The position numbers were made by a program, and so were the translations under genes. The notes under the pieces are model-generated. The model was not told the DNA's origin, did no database searches, and saw only the letters and a list, made by a program, of their open reading frames with translations. Source: a virus. From it: a stretch of 64,000 nucleotides of DNA. Each line of letters begins with the position of its first letter. Positions within the stretch are counted from its first letter, which is position 1. Below are positions 30,543 to 40,701 of this stretch, in pieces. The DNA lies in IMG/VR virus record IMGVR_UViG_3300022602_000031, positions 96,001 to 160,000 of that record; one strand, 5' to 3'.

Positions 30543-31638
30543 CTCTATTGGGTTTGCTTTAGATCCTGCTAATGTACCTAGCTTTTTGCTTGATTGGGAG
30601 TTGACCAAGTTATGTAATTTGGATTGTAGCTATTGTACAGTTGGTATCAACGGTGGTCACGATAACACAACCAAGCATCCACCATTGGCAGACTGTTTAC
30701 AGTCAATTGATTTTATGTATGAGTATGTAGATCAATATATGCTGTATAAAAAGCCAACTCAGCGTAAAGTAGTATTAAACGTCTACGGAGGGGAAAGTTT
30801 ATTTCACCCTGACATTGTAGAAATCTTGCGCGAATGCCATAGTAGATACGAACACTATAGTGATCGTTGGGATTTGACCATTACCTGCACTACCAATGCT
30901 GTAGTAGGCGCAAGGCGTTGGGCAGAGATAGTGCCAATGGTAGACGAATTTACTGTAAGTTACCATCCAGAGAATTTACCCAAACAACGTCAACAATATT
31001 TGGATAACTTAATGTATCTTCAGGCACAAGGTAAACGATTTAAAGCCATTGTTATGATGCATAATCAACCTGAGCTGTTTGCCGATGCCGAATCTGTTGT
31101 AGCGTTTTGCCAAGACCACAATATGCGTTATTTGGCTAAACCTTTAGACAACACCAGTGAACGTTGGGCCTACACACCAGAACAGTTTGCTCGTATCACT
31201 GAACAACCTGTGACATTTGTTAAAAAAGTCAGCAGTATCAATGAAGGCCGGGCCTGCTGTGGTGGTCGTAGACTTAGCCTAAATGGCGATCTACGAAGTA
31301 ACGTTGGGTTTGTAGCCCGGCAAGGATTCACTGGTTGGTCGTGTAGTGTAAATTGGTTCTTTTTATTCGTACGTCAACTTGATGGTGCGGTGTTTACCAA
31401 TAAAGATTGCCGTATGAGTACGACTGGAAAAGAAGAACCACTGGGAAATATTGCTGAAGCAAAAAAGATTATAAGTAAGCTACAGACCCAATTAGAAACC
31501 AACACAATGCCCATTATAAGTTGTAAAAAAGCAATTTGTCGTTGTGGGTTCTGTGCCCCAAAAGCTGAAAGTGAACAAGACTTTCGAGCGTTAATTAAGA
31601 GAAACGTTGTAGTTGACGTTTTTCAAAAAGAGTGTTAA
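30529..31638 (+). CDS. Radical SAM protein
   Basis: CNLDCSYC; GGES; C-terminal CKKAICRCGFC cluster. Confidence 0.85.
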   Translation: MDTVNSIGFALDPANVPSFLLDWELTKLCNLDCSYCTVGINGGHDNTTKHPPLADCLQSIDFMYEYVDQYMLYKKPTQRKVVLNVYGGESLFHPDIVEILRECHSRYEHYSDRWDLTITCTTNAVVGARRWAEIVPMVDEFTVSYHPENLPKQRQQYLDNLMYLQAQGKRFKAIVMMHNQPELFADAESVVAFCQDHNMRYLAKPLDNTSERWAYTPEQFARITEQPVTFVKKVSSINEGRACCGGRRLSLNGDLRSNVGFVARQGFTGWSCSVNWFFLFVRQLDGAVFTNKDCRMSTTGKEEPLGNIAEAKKIISKLQTQLETNTMPIISCKKAICRCGFCAPKAESEQDFRALIKRNVVVDVFQKEC

Positions 31639-31641
31639 CAT
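31613..31641 (+). promoter_or_regulatory. sigma70-type promoter upstream of uvsX
   Basis: TTGACG(31613-18), 17 bp, TAACAT(31636-41), with TG at 31633-34. Confidence 0.55.
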
Positions 31642-31673
31642 AGCATTAATCAATTATCAACAAGGAAACAATT

Positions 31674-32810
31674 ATGGGCAAACCATTTGACGTATCAAAA
31701 TTTCGCAAAAGCATCACAAAAAGTATCGACGGTATCTCCGTGGGCTTTACTGATCCAACAGATTGGATCTCAACAAATAATTACGCACTTAACTATTTGA
31801 TCAGTGGCGACTTTAACAAAGGCGTTCCACTAGGTAAAGTTACTGTGTTTGCTGGCGAATCGGGCGCAGGTAAATCATTTATCTGTAGCGGTAACTTAAT
31901 CAAGAACGCACAAGAGCAAGGCATTTATGTTATTCTTATTGATACAGAAAACGCCCTTGACGAGCCTTGGCTCAAAGCACTTGGTGTGGACACAAGTGAA
32001 GATAAGCTACTCAAGTTAAACCTAGCTATGATCGATGACGTTGCTAAACTTATCAGCGACTTTGTTAAAAACTACAAAGAAATTCCCGAAGATGATCGTC
32101 CTAAGGTATTGTTTGTATTAGACAGCTTAGGTATGATGCTTACCCCAACAGACGTTAATCAATTTGATGCGGGTGATTTAAAAGGTGATATGGGTCGTAA
32201 GCCTAAAGCACTTACAGCACTTGTTCGTAATTGTGTAAATATGTTTGGTGCTTTAAATATTGGATTAGTATGTACTAACCACACATACGCAAGTCAAGAT
32301 ATGTTTGATCCTGATGACAAGATCTCGGGTGGACAGGGTTTTATCTACGCTTCCTCTATTGTTGTGGCAATGCGTAAGTTAAAGTTGAAAGAAGATGAAG
32401 ATGGTAACAAGGTATCAGAAGTAAATGGTATCCGTGCCGCTTGTAAGATTATGAAAACACGCTACGCTAAACCGTTTGAATCGGTACAAGTTAAGATCCC
32501 TTACGAAACAGGTATGAACCCCTACTCTGGTTTAGTTGATATGTTTGAAGGCAAGGGCCTACTAGGTAAAGAAGGTAACAGTTTAGTATATACACTAAGC
32601 GATGGTACTATTATCAAACAGTTCCGCAAAGCCTGGGAACGAAATGAAAACAGTTCCTTGGACCGAGTAATGGCTGACTTCTCTGCTAATCCGCACCATA
32701 AAGAAGCAGAAGTACCAGCCGAAACTGTTTCCAACGAACCAGTTGAATCAATTGCTGTAGTACTAGAGGACAAACCAAAAAAGTCTAAAAAAGAGGAAGT
32801 TACAGAATGA
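31674..32810 (+). CDS. uvsX: RecA-like recombinase UvsX
   Basis: GESGAGKS Walker A, IDTENAL, LDSLG, TNHTY, SGGQGFIYASS. Confidence 0.93.
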   Translation: MGKPFDVSKFRKSITKSIDGISVGFTDPTDWISTNNYALNYLISGDFNKGVPLGKVTVFAGESGAGKSFICSGNLIKNAQEQGIYVILIDTENALDEPWLKALGVDTSEDKLLKLNLAMIDDVAKLISDFVKNYKEIPEDDRPKVLFVLDSLGMMLTPTDVNQFDAGDLKGDMGRKPKALTALVRNCVNMFGALNIGLVCTNHTYASQDMFDPDDKISGGQGFIYASSIVVAMRKLKLKEDEDGNKVSEVNGIRAACKIMKTRYAKPFESVQVKIPYETGMNPYSGLVDMFEGKGLLGKEGNSLVYTLSDGTIIKQFRKAWERNENSSLDRVMADFSANPHHKEAEVPAETVSNEPVESIAVVLEDKPKKSKKEEVTE

Positions 32811-33040
32811 CAATCGATGTAGAAGTTCTTAGTGAACTATATACTATTATGAAGCAGTACGTTCCTAGTAAGGATCGTCAAGAATGTGCCGATAATCTGA
32901 TGAGTGTTATGGTTGATATGTTAGGTGATGCCGAACTTCGAGAGTTCGGTACTACCGACAACACACTAAAACGTGCGCTTAAGGAGTATGCCGCCGATCA
33001 CGATTCTGATGAAGAAGATGACGAAGACAGCGACTGGTGA
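32807..33040 (+). CDS. Small acidic hypothetical protein
   Basis: 77-aa ORF coupled to uvsX. Confidence 0.65.
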   Translation: MTIDVEVLSELYTIMKQYVPSKDRQECADNLMSVMVDMLGDAELREFGTTDNTLKRALKEYAADHDSDEEDDEDSDW

Positions 33041-33668
33041 TGCTATTTTAATTGAAAATTTATTCACAGACAAAGAAATAGATTATATTCTTAAATATTT
33101 GTCGAATATGGTCCAACCCACGGACGGCCATAAAGCCTTGTACAAAGGAATACATCCAAATCATTGGATGTATGGCTGGTTTAATAAACACGTATTTGAT
33201 AAAATATGCCGGGCACTAGGACGCAAAGATTTAAAATTTACAATGGCACAGTATGTAAATGATGAAAAACCGCAGGTATTACACAGCGATTATTACCATA
33301 CTCATAAACCAGGAATGGCAATGGTAGTACCTATTAGTGTCGAGCACGATCATAGTTGCTCAAAATTAGTACATACTATAATTTTTAACGAACAAGATAC
33401 TGTAGTCGGAGATATGGAATTTTGGGATCGCAGTGAATGGGATCGAGTACGTTGCCCTAAAGATAACAATGCGTTACAATATAAAGACCAGTACCTAAGT
33501 CATATTGCTGATACGGATTTAGAATGCCTGACTGTTAAAGAAATTATGCCGTGGCGCCCAGGTAGTGTTGTATGTTGGAATGAAGAATATTTACACGCTA
33601 GTGACAATTTTAAAAAGAATAACATTTTATCAAAACAATTTATTGTAATACACAGTCATGTTCTATAA
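33018..33668 (+). CDS. 2OG-Fe(II) oxygenase-like protein
   Basis: LHSDY (HxD) and distal LHAS; the start at ATG 33018 is tentative. Confidence 0.55.
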   Translation: MTKTATGDAILIENLFTDKEIDYILKYLSNMVQPTDGHKALYKGIHPNHWMYGWFNKHVFDKICRALGRKDLKFTMAQYVNDEKPQVLHSDYYHTHKPGMAMVVPISVEHDHSCSKLVHTIIFNEQDTVVGDMEFWDRSEWDRVRCPKDNNALQYKDQYLSHIADTDLECLTVKEIMPWRPGSVVCWNEEYLHASDNFKKNNILSKQFIVIHSHVL

Positions 33669-34110
33669 TCGAATAGTAGCAGATCTTAGCGTCATTCCTG
33701 AATTCATTGACTTTTATGAAGGTGAGATGATGGCAGCCAAGGGCGAAATCAAAATACGTGGGCGTGTAGAAAAAGAACTTAGCGACTTGCCGGGTATGAC
33801 AGAACATCGTTTTAATCAGCTACAGGAAATTGAAGCAGTATTAGAATTTTTAAATATTCGTCTACGTAAAATACGTCAATCGCATTATAAAAAATATTTA
33901 GAAGCATATCAGCGCACACTTACTAGTCGTGATGCTGAAAAATACGCAGAAGCCGAAGACGAAGTAATTGATATGGAAACAATTATCAATGAAGTAGCAT
34001 TATTGCGTAATCGTTGGTTAGGCATAATGAAAGGCATAGAAAGTAAAAACTTTATGCTTGGCCACGTAGTTCGTCTAAGGACTGCTGGTATGGAGGATAT
34101 TGTAGTTTGA
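33658..34110 (+). CDS. uvsY: Recombination mediator UvsY-like
   Basis: YLEAYQRTLTSRDAEKYAEAEDEV...GIMKGIESKNFML; lies near uvsX. Confidence 0.75.
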   Translation: MFYNRIVADLSVIPEFIDFYEGEMMAAKGEIKIRGRVEKELSDLPGMTEHRFNQLQEIEAVLEFLNIRLRKIRQSHYKKYLEAYQRTLTSRDAEKYAEAEDEVIDMETIINEVALLRNRWLGIMKGIESKNFMLGHVVRLRTAGMEDIVV

Positions 34111-34361
34111 CCGATTTTAGACAACGTGCTCACGAGTTGTTGGAAGAATATAATCTATGCCTACGTGCTAAACCTCGGCACGACGCTATCAACGTACAAT
34201 TAGAAAAAGATGCGGTAGGTAAGTGGGCAGTACTCTTAAACAACCAACTTGGGTGGGGGACAGACAACGACATAGCAGAAGCCTGCTATCAACTTGAACC
34301 AAGACTCACAGATTTAAAAAAGAAATTAATTTTTGAAATATTAAAAAATGGCTCCATTTAA
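34107..34361 (+). CDS. Hypothetical protein
   Basis: 84-aa ORF; TTG start overlapping the upstream stop. Confidence 0.55.
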   Translation: MTDFRQRAHELLEEYNLCLRAKPRHDAINVQLEKDAVGKWAVLLNNQLGWGTDNDIAEACYQLEPRLTDLKKKLIFEILKNGSI

Positions 34362-35103
34362 AAACGCATACGCTAGCCATGACCATAGTTTAGACGTATT
34401 AAATTTACTCTACGGATATGATAGTTTTCTTGATAGTCTAACTACTATTGCCGATATGGGCTGTGGACAAGGACTCGATGCCGGATGGTGGGCAAGTTTA
34501 AAAACCAGAGATGATCCACCAGAGCCTCGCAACTATACTGTATATGCTGTTGATCAAAACGTACAACAAATAGACAGCATCATCAAAGTAGAAAATCCAA
34601 AGTTACTACCAATAGAGGCAAACTTTGAAACAGTTACACTACCAACAAAGGCCGATTTAATTTGGTCACACGATAGTTTTCAGTACACACTCAATCCGAT
34701 TGAAACACTACGGAATTGGCGTAGGAATATCAACGACAACGGTATGCTGGTAATTACAGTACCGCAAATGACCTACATATACAATAACAGGCTAACTACA
34801 ATAACTCAGAACAATCAATACTTTAGTTACAATTTATTAAACTTAATGTATATGTTGGCCATTAGCGGATTTGACTGCCGCGATGCTTACTTTTATCGCA
34901 AAACCAATAGTCCTTGGTTATATGCGGCAGTATACTGTAGTCACCAAGAACCGGTGGTGGGTCACGCAACCTGGCAAGATTTAGCTGATCGCGGACTACT
35001 CAACGACAGTCTAATTAACAGCGTAAACAAATACGGGTATGCCAGACTAGAAGATGTTATGGTTACTTGGTTAGACAAAGACAATTACTTAATTACAAAC
35101 TAA
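34348..35103 (+). CDS. Class I SAM-dependent methyltransferase
   Basis: IADMGCGQG; DLIWSHDSFQY; GMLVITVP. Confidence 0.8.
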   Translation: MAPFKNAYASHDHSLDVLNLLYGYDSFLDSLTTIADMGCGQGLDAGWWASLKTRDDPPEPRNYTVYAVDQNVQQIDSIIKVENPKLLPIEANFETVTLPTKADLIWSHDSFQYTLNPIETLRNWRRNINDNGMLVITVPQMTYIYNNRLTTITQNNQYFSYNLLNLMYMLAISGFDCRDAYFYRKTNSPWLYAAVYCSHQEPVVGHATWQDLADRGLLNDSLINSVNKYGYARLEDVMVTWLDKDNYLITN

Positions 35104-35855
35104 TGCGAATAATTATCTGTACCGGCGGCTTTGATCCTATACATTCGGGTCATATCTCATACTTAAATCATGCTGACCATCTCGGAGACTACCTTGTTGT
35201 TGGGCTCAACTCTGATACCTGGCTAGAGCGTAAAAAGGGTCGTGCGTTTATGCCTTGGCGTGAGCGTATGGTAGTATTAGATAATTTACATATGGTAGAT
35301 GAAGTCATTGACTATGACGACAGCGATGGATCCAGCATTGATGCTATTCGCAAAGTCAAAGAAAAATACCCTAATGATGAAATTGTCTTTGCCAATGGCG
35401 GAGATCGTACACAAGATAATATACCAGAAATGGTTGTTGACAATGTAGAGTTTGTGTTTGGGGTAGGCGGAGACAATAAAGCCAACAGTAGCAGTTGGAT
35501 CCTTGAGGAGTGGAAAGCACCCAAGACCGAGCGTCCCTGGGGTTATTATCGTGTACTTCACGAGGTCGAAGGAACGAAAGTTAAGGAACTAACAGTTGAA
35601 CCGGGCGAAAGTCTAAGTATGCAACGCCATAAAAACCGTGCTGAGTATTGGTTAGTCACAGACGGACAAGCAGTAGTAAAATCCACAATGGACAATGGCT
35701 ACGCTTTACCTGCTAAAATAATTGCCAAACACGACTACTACAAAGTAGGCATTGGGGAATGGCATCAATTGACCAACCCTTATACAGAACCTTGTAAAAT
35801 AGTAGAAATACAGTATGGTACTAGCTGTACTGAAGAAGATATACAACGCCGATAA
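35103..35855 (+). CDS. Cytidylyltransferase (RfaE-like) fused to a mannose-6-phosphate-isomerase-type cupin
   Basis: GGFDPIHSGH...VGLNSD...FANGGDR; then RPWGYY...SMQRHKNRAEYW...EIQYG...EEDIQR. Start at ATG 35103. Confidence 0.85.
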   Translation: MRIIICTGGFDPIHSGHISYLNHADHLGDYLVVGLNSDTWLERKKGRAFMPWRERMVVLDNLHMVDEVIDYDDSDGSSIDAIRKVKEKYPNDEIVFANGGDRTQDNIPEMVVDNVEFVFGVGGDNKANSSSWILEEWKAPKTERPWGYYRVLHEVEGTKVKELTVEPGESLSMQRHKNRAEYWLVTDGQAVVKSTMDNGYALPAKIIAKHDYYKVGIGEWHQLTNPYTEPCKIVEIQYGTSCTEEDIQRR

Positions 35856-35862
35856 ATACAAA

Positions 35863-37389
35863 ATGCGTAATTTAATCGACCTATTAGAAACCCCACAACT
35901 CGACGAGGAATCTGTGCTTTCTGCCGCCCAAATCAACAAACGTTTTGATATGTTTATTGCCCACGTTCGTGCCGGCAAACCTTTTTATCTAGTTGACGGA
36001 ACTCCGGTTATTCCAAATCCCGAAGAAGCAGATAGATTTGAACAACTCAAAGCAGAGGGGAAATTCAACGGTCGCATTGATATTGAAGATACAAATGGTC
36101 GTATCTGGAGTACATCGCAATTTTTAAAGACTAGAGATTTCGGCGGACAAGCTATTCCGCCGGGCCAAGAACCACAGCAGGCAGTAACACAAACACAACC
36201 AGGTGTAGCACCTAGTGGTGCTAGCAGTTACTCGGTTGCTAAAAAAGAATTTAGTCCAACGGTATTAGGACTGGCCGGAAAAGTTTACAATAAAGATCAA
36301 TTGTCCGTTGCCGCTCAATCAGCAGTGATTACAAAAACATCAAATCGTCCAGCACTACAGGCAATCTTATTAGAGTTAATTGAAGTAGCACAAGGAGTTA
36401 AAACTAGTTTAAGTCCTGAAAATCTTGCCAATTTTAACTCTGACGCAAAGAATAAAATCAGTCAAGATTTTGGCGAAGTACTAGCACCTATTATGTTAGC
36501 CAAGGGCGAGGAAATGATCGAGTTTCCGGCCGCTGGTAATTTTCCGTTAGTTGACGTAGTTGTGGGCGCAAACAAATATAGTGTAAAAAGTTTGACTGGC
36601 TCGGGCACAAGTTTTTCGAGCATTGTTGAATTGTTAGATAAGTTTGAAAAAACTATTGCCAGTGACAAAGATCAACAAAAATTATACGATTTAATTAAAC
36701 ATTATAAACCTGGTAAAGACACAGGTAAGAATGTAGACAAAATTATTCGTGCGGCAGCTCACGTTAGAATTCCTGAGTATACTACCGCAGTACAAGTGTT
36801 TGGCCACGAGTTTAATGACTATACTACACTGACAAATTTAGTCAGCGGAGTCACTGATAACAGTACAAAAAACTACGCTAAAATGTTACGAGCCATCTAT
36901 CCTATTAGTGTAGCTGGCGATTGGGGCAATCCAGTAGGACTACCTGCTGACTCTAACAAGTATGTACCAGAAATTCAAATCCCAACACGCAAAGGCGAAG
37001 CTAAACAGGCCGGATATCCAGCATTTAAAAATGACCCAGTTAAAGCCACAGCTGACATTTTAACCTATATTGTTGGAACAGGTACTCTCAATTATGTAAC
37101 ACGTGGTGAACAATCTAAAGAATATCAGGCAATGATGACTAAGATTGTTAGCCAAAGTCCAGCCTGGTTGGGCAAGATTGATATTACTAAAGATGGTGGC
37201 TTATCTATAGTAGCCAAACCATTTAGCGAATTAAATTTCAGTTTTCAATACCACGCACCTAGTCATAAGCCGGGCAACAACTTGCCAGGATTTATGGTAA
37301 TTATGGATAAACCCGGCAAGAAATCCAAAATTAAAGAAGTAGAAGAACGTGAACGTCGAATACCTGCGTTTAACCGTGAGCGCCGTTGA
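35863..37389 (+). CDS. Large late protein with a possible PD-(D/E)xK nuclease-like core
   Basis: Start MRNLIDLLE after TAAATA at 35853-58; FGEVLAP...FPLVDVVV.ANKYSVKS. Confidence 0.45.
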   Translation: MRNLIDLLETPQLDEESVLSAAQINKRFDMFIAHVRAGKPFYLVDGTPVIPNPEEADRFEQLKAEGKFNGRIDIEDTNGRIWSTSQFLKTRDFGGQAIPPGQEPQQAVTQTQPGVAPSGASSYSVAKKEFSPTVLGLAGKVYNKDQLSVAAQSAVITKTSNRPALQAILLELIEVAQGVKTSLSPENLANFNSDAKNKISQDFGEVLAPIMLAKGEEMIEFPAAGNFPLVDVVVGANKYSVKSLTGSGTSFSSIVELLDKFEKTIASDKDQQKLYDLIKHYKPGKDTGKNVDKIIRAAAHVRIPEYTTAVQVFGHEFNDYTTLTNLVSGVTDNSTKNYAKMLRAIYPISVAGDWGNPVGLPADSNKYVPEIQIPTRKGEAKQAGYPAFKNDPVKATADILTYIVGTGTLNYVTRGEQSKEYQAMMTKIVSQSPAWLGKIDITKDGGLSIVAKPFSELNFSFQYHAPSHKPGNNLPGFMVIMDKPGKKSKIKEVEERERRIPAFNRERR

Positions 37390-37414
37390 CATATAACTGT
37401 CAATTTGTTATAAT
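37386..37414 (+). promoter_or_regulatory. Consensus sigma70 promoter with extended -10
   Basis: TTGACA(37386-91), 17 bp, TATAAT(37409-14), with TG at 37406-07. ATG follows at 37421. Confidence 0.85.
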
Positions 37415-37420
37415 TACCCA

Positions 37421-38332
37421 ATGCTATTAAACAAAGACCTGCTTGAAGCAGACGCAGATATTGCCAACCTTTCGGTTGACTTACTGCTAACTGATCCGCC
37501 CTACAACATCTCCGATGGAGGTGCTAAGCCAGAGTGGATTGATCCAGAAACAGGTAAAAATAAAAATACTATACACAGTCAAAAGTTTAGTGAGAGCTTT
37601 GAAGAAAATTGGGATAGTGTAACACACGAAGATTTTCTTTTACAATTAGATGCCTGGAGTAAGTTTTGGTTTAAAAAACTACGCAAAGGTGGATCGTTTG
37701 CTGTTTTTATTAGCGACCGGTATGTTAGTTATTTGTGGAAGGCAATGGAGTCAGCTGGCTTTGAGCCTAAGCGTATCATTACCTGGAAAAAACCAGCGGC
37801 AGTTCCGTTTAATCGACAGGTTAATTTAGTCAGTGGGTGCGAGTATATCCTATGGGGTATTAAGCCCGGACAACCGAGGACGTTTAACGCCGATGCGGCT
37901 CGTGGTACCATTGTTGAACGCTACTGTGCCGCTGATAAGATTTCGAGCATTGTCTACAAGTATGCCAAAGACGCAGATAACGAACAAGACCTAGAACAGG
38001 TATTTGCTCAGGCATTACAAGAAGCAAAACAGATGTTGGCAGATCGCAAACGTGATAAAAATGTTATACAATGTGTTGTACCAAATACAATTACTTACAG
38101 TGGTGGCAGTGGCAAAAAAATACACCCAACACAAAAACCTACAGAGATACTAGAGTATCTAATAGAGTTATTGAGTAATGAAGGTGATACAGTTTTAGAT
38201 ACATTTGCTGGGTCTGGTAGTACTGGGCTAGCGGCACAGAATCGTAATCGTAAGTTTATATTAATTGAGCGTGATCGTAAAATGTTTGACACAATGAGCA
38301 AACAATTTGAAAATCTCTCAGTGTTTGAGTAA
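37421..38332 (+). CDS. DNA methyltransferase (N6-A/N4-C, beta type)
   Basis: LTDPPY, HPTQKP, VLDTFAGSGST. Confidence 0.92.
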   Translation: MLLNKDLLEADADIANLSVDLLLTDPPYNISDGGAKPEWIDPETGKNKNTIHSQKFSESFEENWDSVTHEDFLLQLDAWSKFWFKKLRKGGSFAVFISDRYVSYLWKAMESAGFEPKRIITWKKPAAVPFNRQVNLVSGCEYILWGIKPGQPRTFNADAARGTIVERYCAADKISSIVYKYAKDADNEQDLEQVFAQALQEAKQMLADRKRDKNVIQCVVPNTITYSGGSGKKIHPTQKPTEILEYLIELLSNEGDTVLDTFAGSGSTGLAAQNRNRKFILIERDRKMFDTMSKQFENLSVFE

Positions 38333-38338
38333 AAATAC

Positions 38339-38413
38339 GGGCCTTTAGCTTAATGGTAAAGCAATCGACTCATAATCGATGGAGTGAAAGTTCAATTCTT
38401 TCAAGGCCCACCA
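38339..38413 (+). tRNA. tRNA-CAT (probably Ile2, lysidine type)
   Basis: GGGCCTT/AAGGCCC acceptor with C4-G69, ATCGA-CTCATAA-TCGAT anticodon arm, A73, CCA. Confidence 0.85.
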
Positions 38414-38430
38414 AGTATAAGTAATACAAT

Positions 38431-38515
38431 GCCCCGATGGTGGAATTGGTAGACACGCTGGTCTTAGAAGCCAGTGTCGTAAGACGTGCGAGTTCAAGTC
38501 TCGCTTGGGGCACCA
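38431..38515 (+). tRNA. tRNA-Leu(TAG)
   Basis: CTGGT-CTTAGAA-GCCAG, long variable arm, TTCAAGT, CCA. Confidence 0.95.
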
Positions 38516-38531
38516 ATTAAAAGGATCTTCA

Positions 38532-40109
38532 ATGAAGCGCATAGTAATTGTAGGCGCTGGTGCCGCAGGGTATTTTACCGCGGCCGCAATTAAACGTAAT
38601 AATCCAAATTTTGATGTTGTAGTGGTCTATGATCCTAATACTCCAATTATTGGAGTTGGGGAATCTATAAATTGGACCGCTCCGTTTTTTATGCATACGG
38701 TACTAGGATTAACCGATGACCAGTGGGTTAAAAAAGCTCGATCTATATTTAAAATAGGTACAGTATATCAGGATTGGAATAATACTACAAATCCATTTAT
38801 TGCCACAGCGTCGTTTAATGCCGACGTAGATATACTTAACACTTACACACCGGGCAACATTGCCGAATGTGTTGCTAACTCATTCCTACAACAAACTTAT
38901 TCTACTACAGATCTTTGGAGACATCTAGTTACCAAAGGACTATTGCCCAATGATCCTGACAATTCTTATTTGTCTTATTCTAGTGAAAATTATTGGCTAG
39001 TGGATAAAAATAAATTACCTATTAGAAAAGGTCAACTTTGGCCTACACTTAAAAACACCAGATCAAGATATAGTTATCATATCAATGCTCCAATAGTTGG
39101 GCAAGTGGTCCATGACCTAGTCGGCGTCCCAGCTGGAGTACGCACAATTCCAATGAAACTTAGGAATGTTGTATTAACTAGCACGGGCAACATTGATTAT
39201 CTATTATTAGATAACGAAGAACAAGTAACCGCTGATTTGTTTATTGACTGTTCAGGTTTTGCTAAAGTATTGGCCCAGCATCTTCCGTTTGAATTTGACA
39301 AGCTAGATGAGTATTTTAATGATACTGCTATAGTTGGGCCACACAGCTATCAACAACCATCAGAGCGACGTAGTCATGCTTATATTCGTGCTATGGATTG
39401 GGGCTGGCATTTTTCTGTGTCAATGGATACACGTAGTGGCGAAGGCTATGTGTTTAACAGTCGCCACGGAAAAAATGTTGATCGGCTAATAGAAGAATAT
39501 TACACAAAAACTGGCAAGACAGATGTTAATTTTAGAAAAATATCTTGGCAACCAGGATATCAAAAAAATCTATTTGTTAATAACTGTATAACCATTGGAC
39601 TAAGTCAGGGGTTTGGTGATGCGTTTGATGCTAATGCTTTTTCAAATACCATGGAGCAGATTACTGAAATGGTAAAACTATTAAAAGCCGACCCAGAGTT
39701 AGTATTTGAATGGAAAGATCATTTTAATCATTTTGTTAAAGTTCGTAATGATGATATAGTATTTCGCATACAGTCGGCATTTCATCTAGCACCTAGAAAT
39801 AACACTGAGTATTGGCAAGAATTAAAAATTGCCGAAAGTAAATTTAAAACTAGAGAAAAATTTCTAAACGCAATTAATGATCCTAATCGTAGATTTCTGC
39901 CAAATCTCAAAGACTCATTTTATAACCAAGGCGCTCTTATAACAATGGCATCGCATTATGGTATACCCAACGATTTTACTATTGACGTAGATGCCAAAGT
40001 TGAAAAACTTGCAGTTGTGTATTTCAATGAACTTAGACAGTATTTTCAAAATTTAGCCGATACTGGAGTTACATCTGAAAAACTTTATACCTCTTGGTAT
40101 GCAAAGTAA
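38532..40109 (+). CDS. Tryptophan-halogenase-like flavoprotein
   Basis: IVGAGAAG, IGVGES, FKIGTVYQDW (catalytic Lys position), FIDCSGF, WGWHFS. Confidence 0.8.
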   Translation: MKRIVIVGAGAAGYFTAAAIKRNNPNFDVVVVYDPNTPIIGVGESINWTAPFFMHTVLGLTDDQWVKKARSIFKIGTVYQDWNNTTNPFIATASFNADVDILNTYTPGNIAECVANSFLQQTYSTTDLWRHLVTKGLLPNDPDNSYLSYSSENYWLVDKNKLPIRKGQLWPTLKNTRSRYSYHINAPIVGQVVHDLVGVPAGVRTIPMKLRNVVLTSTGNIDYLLLDNEEQVTADLFIDCSGFAKVLAQHLPFEFDKLDEYFNDTAIVGPHSYQQPSERRSHAYIRAMDWGWHFSVSMDTRSGEGYVFNSRHGKNVDRLIEEYYTKTGKTDVNFRKISWQPGYQKNLFVNNCITIGLSQGFGDAFDANAFSNTMEQITEMVKLLKADPELVFEWKDHFNHFVKVRNDDIVFRIQSAFHLAPRNNTEYWQELKIAESKFKTREKFLNAINDPNRRFLPNLKDSFYNQGALITMASHYGIPNDFTIDVDAKVEKLAVVYFNELRQYFQNLADTGVTSEKLYTSWYAK

Positions 40110-40134
40110 ATAACTAATCAACAACAGGAAAATA

Positions 40135-40701
40135 ATGGAACATTTTTATCAAAACATTCAAGGTTGGTTTATATATCAACCAATTTATACAGCCGCAGTA
40201 GAACTATACCCCGATGGTAGTCACTTTGTAGAAGTTGGTGCCTGGCGTGGACGTAGTACAGCGTACCTGGCTGTTGAAATCGCTAACAGTGGTAAAAATA
40301 TTCAATTTGATACTATAGACACCTGGCGCGGTAGTGATGAAGAAGTACACCAAACAGATCCTAGTGTAGTTAATGATACACTATATGATGAGTTTTTGTC
40401 TAACATAGAACCAGTTAAGCATTTGGTTAATCCTATTCGTGCTACTAGTTTAGAAGCAGTAGAACAGTATGCTGATGGTAGCTTGGATTTTGTGTTGATT
40501 GACGGTAGCCATTATTATAAAGACGTACACGCAGATATCAGTGCTTGGATTAAGAAGATCAAATCTGGCGGTATGATTGCCGGCGATGACTACGAATGGT
40601 GTGCTGAAGGCGATAAAGGTGTTAAGGGTGCAGTAAACGAACTGCTACCCGAAGCTGAAATTTATCCAGAAATTGGATGCTGGAGTTATGTCTTACCATA
40701 A
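40135..40701 (+). CDS. SAM-dependent methyltransferase (Methyltransf_24-like)
   Basis: VEVGAWRGRST, LIDGSHYY, GGMIAGDDY. Confidence 0.85.
   Translation: MEHFYQNIQGWFIYQPIYTAAVELYPDGSHFVEVGAWRGRSTAYLAVEIANSGKNIQFDTIDTWRGSDEEVHQTDPSVVNDTLYDEFLSNIEPVKHLVNPIRATSLEAVEQYADGSLDFVLIDGSHYYKDVHADISAWIKKIKSGGMIAGDDYEWCAEGDKGVKGAVNELLPEAEIYPEIGCWSYVLP

Noticed and set aside
20540-32810. Introns or inteins in terL or uvsX
   Set aside because: Both are continuous, of normal length, with no intein motifs.
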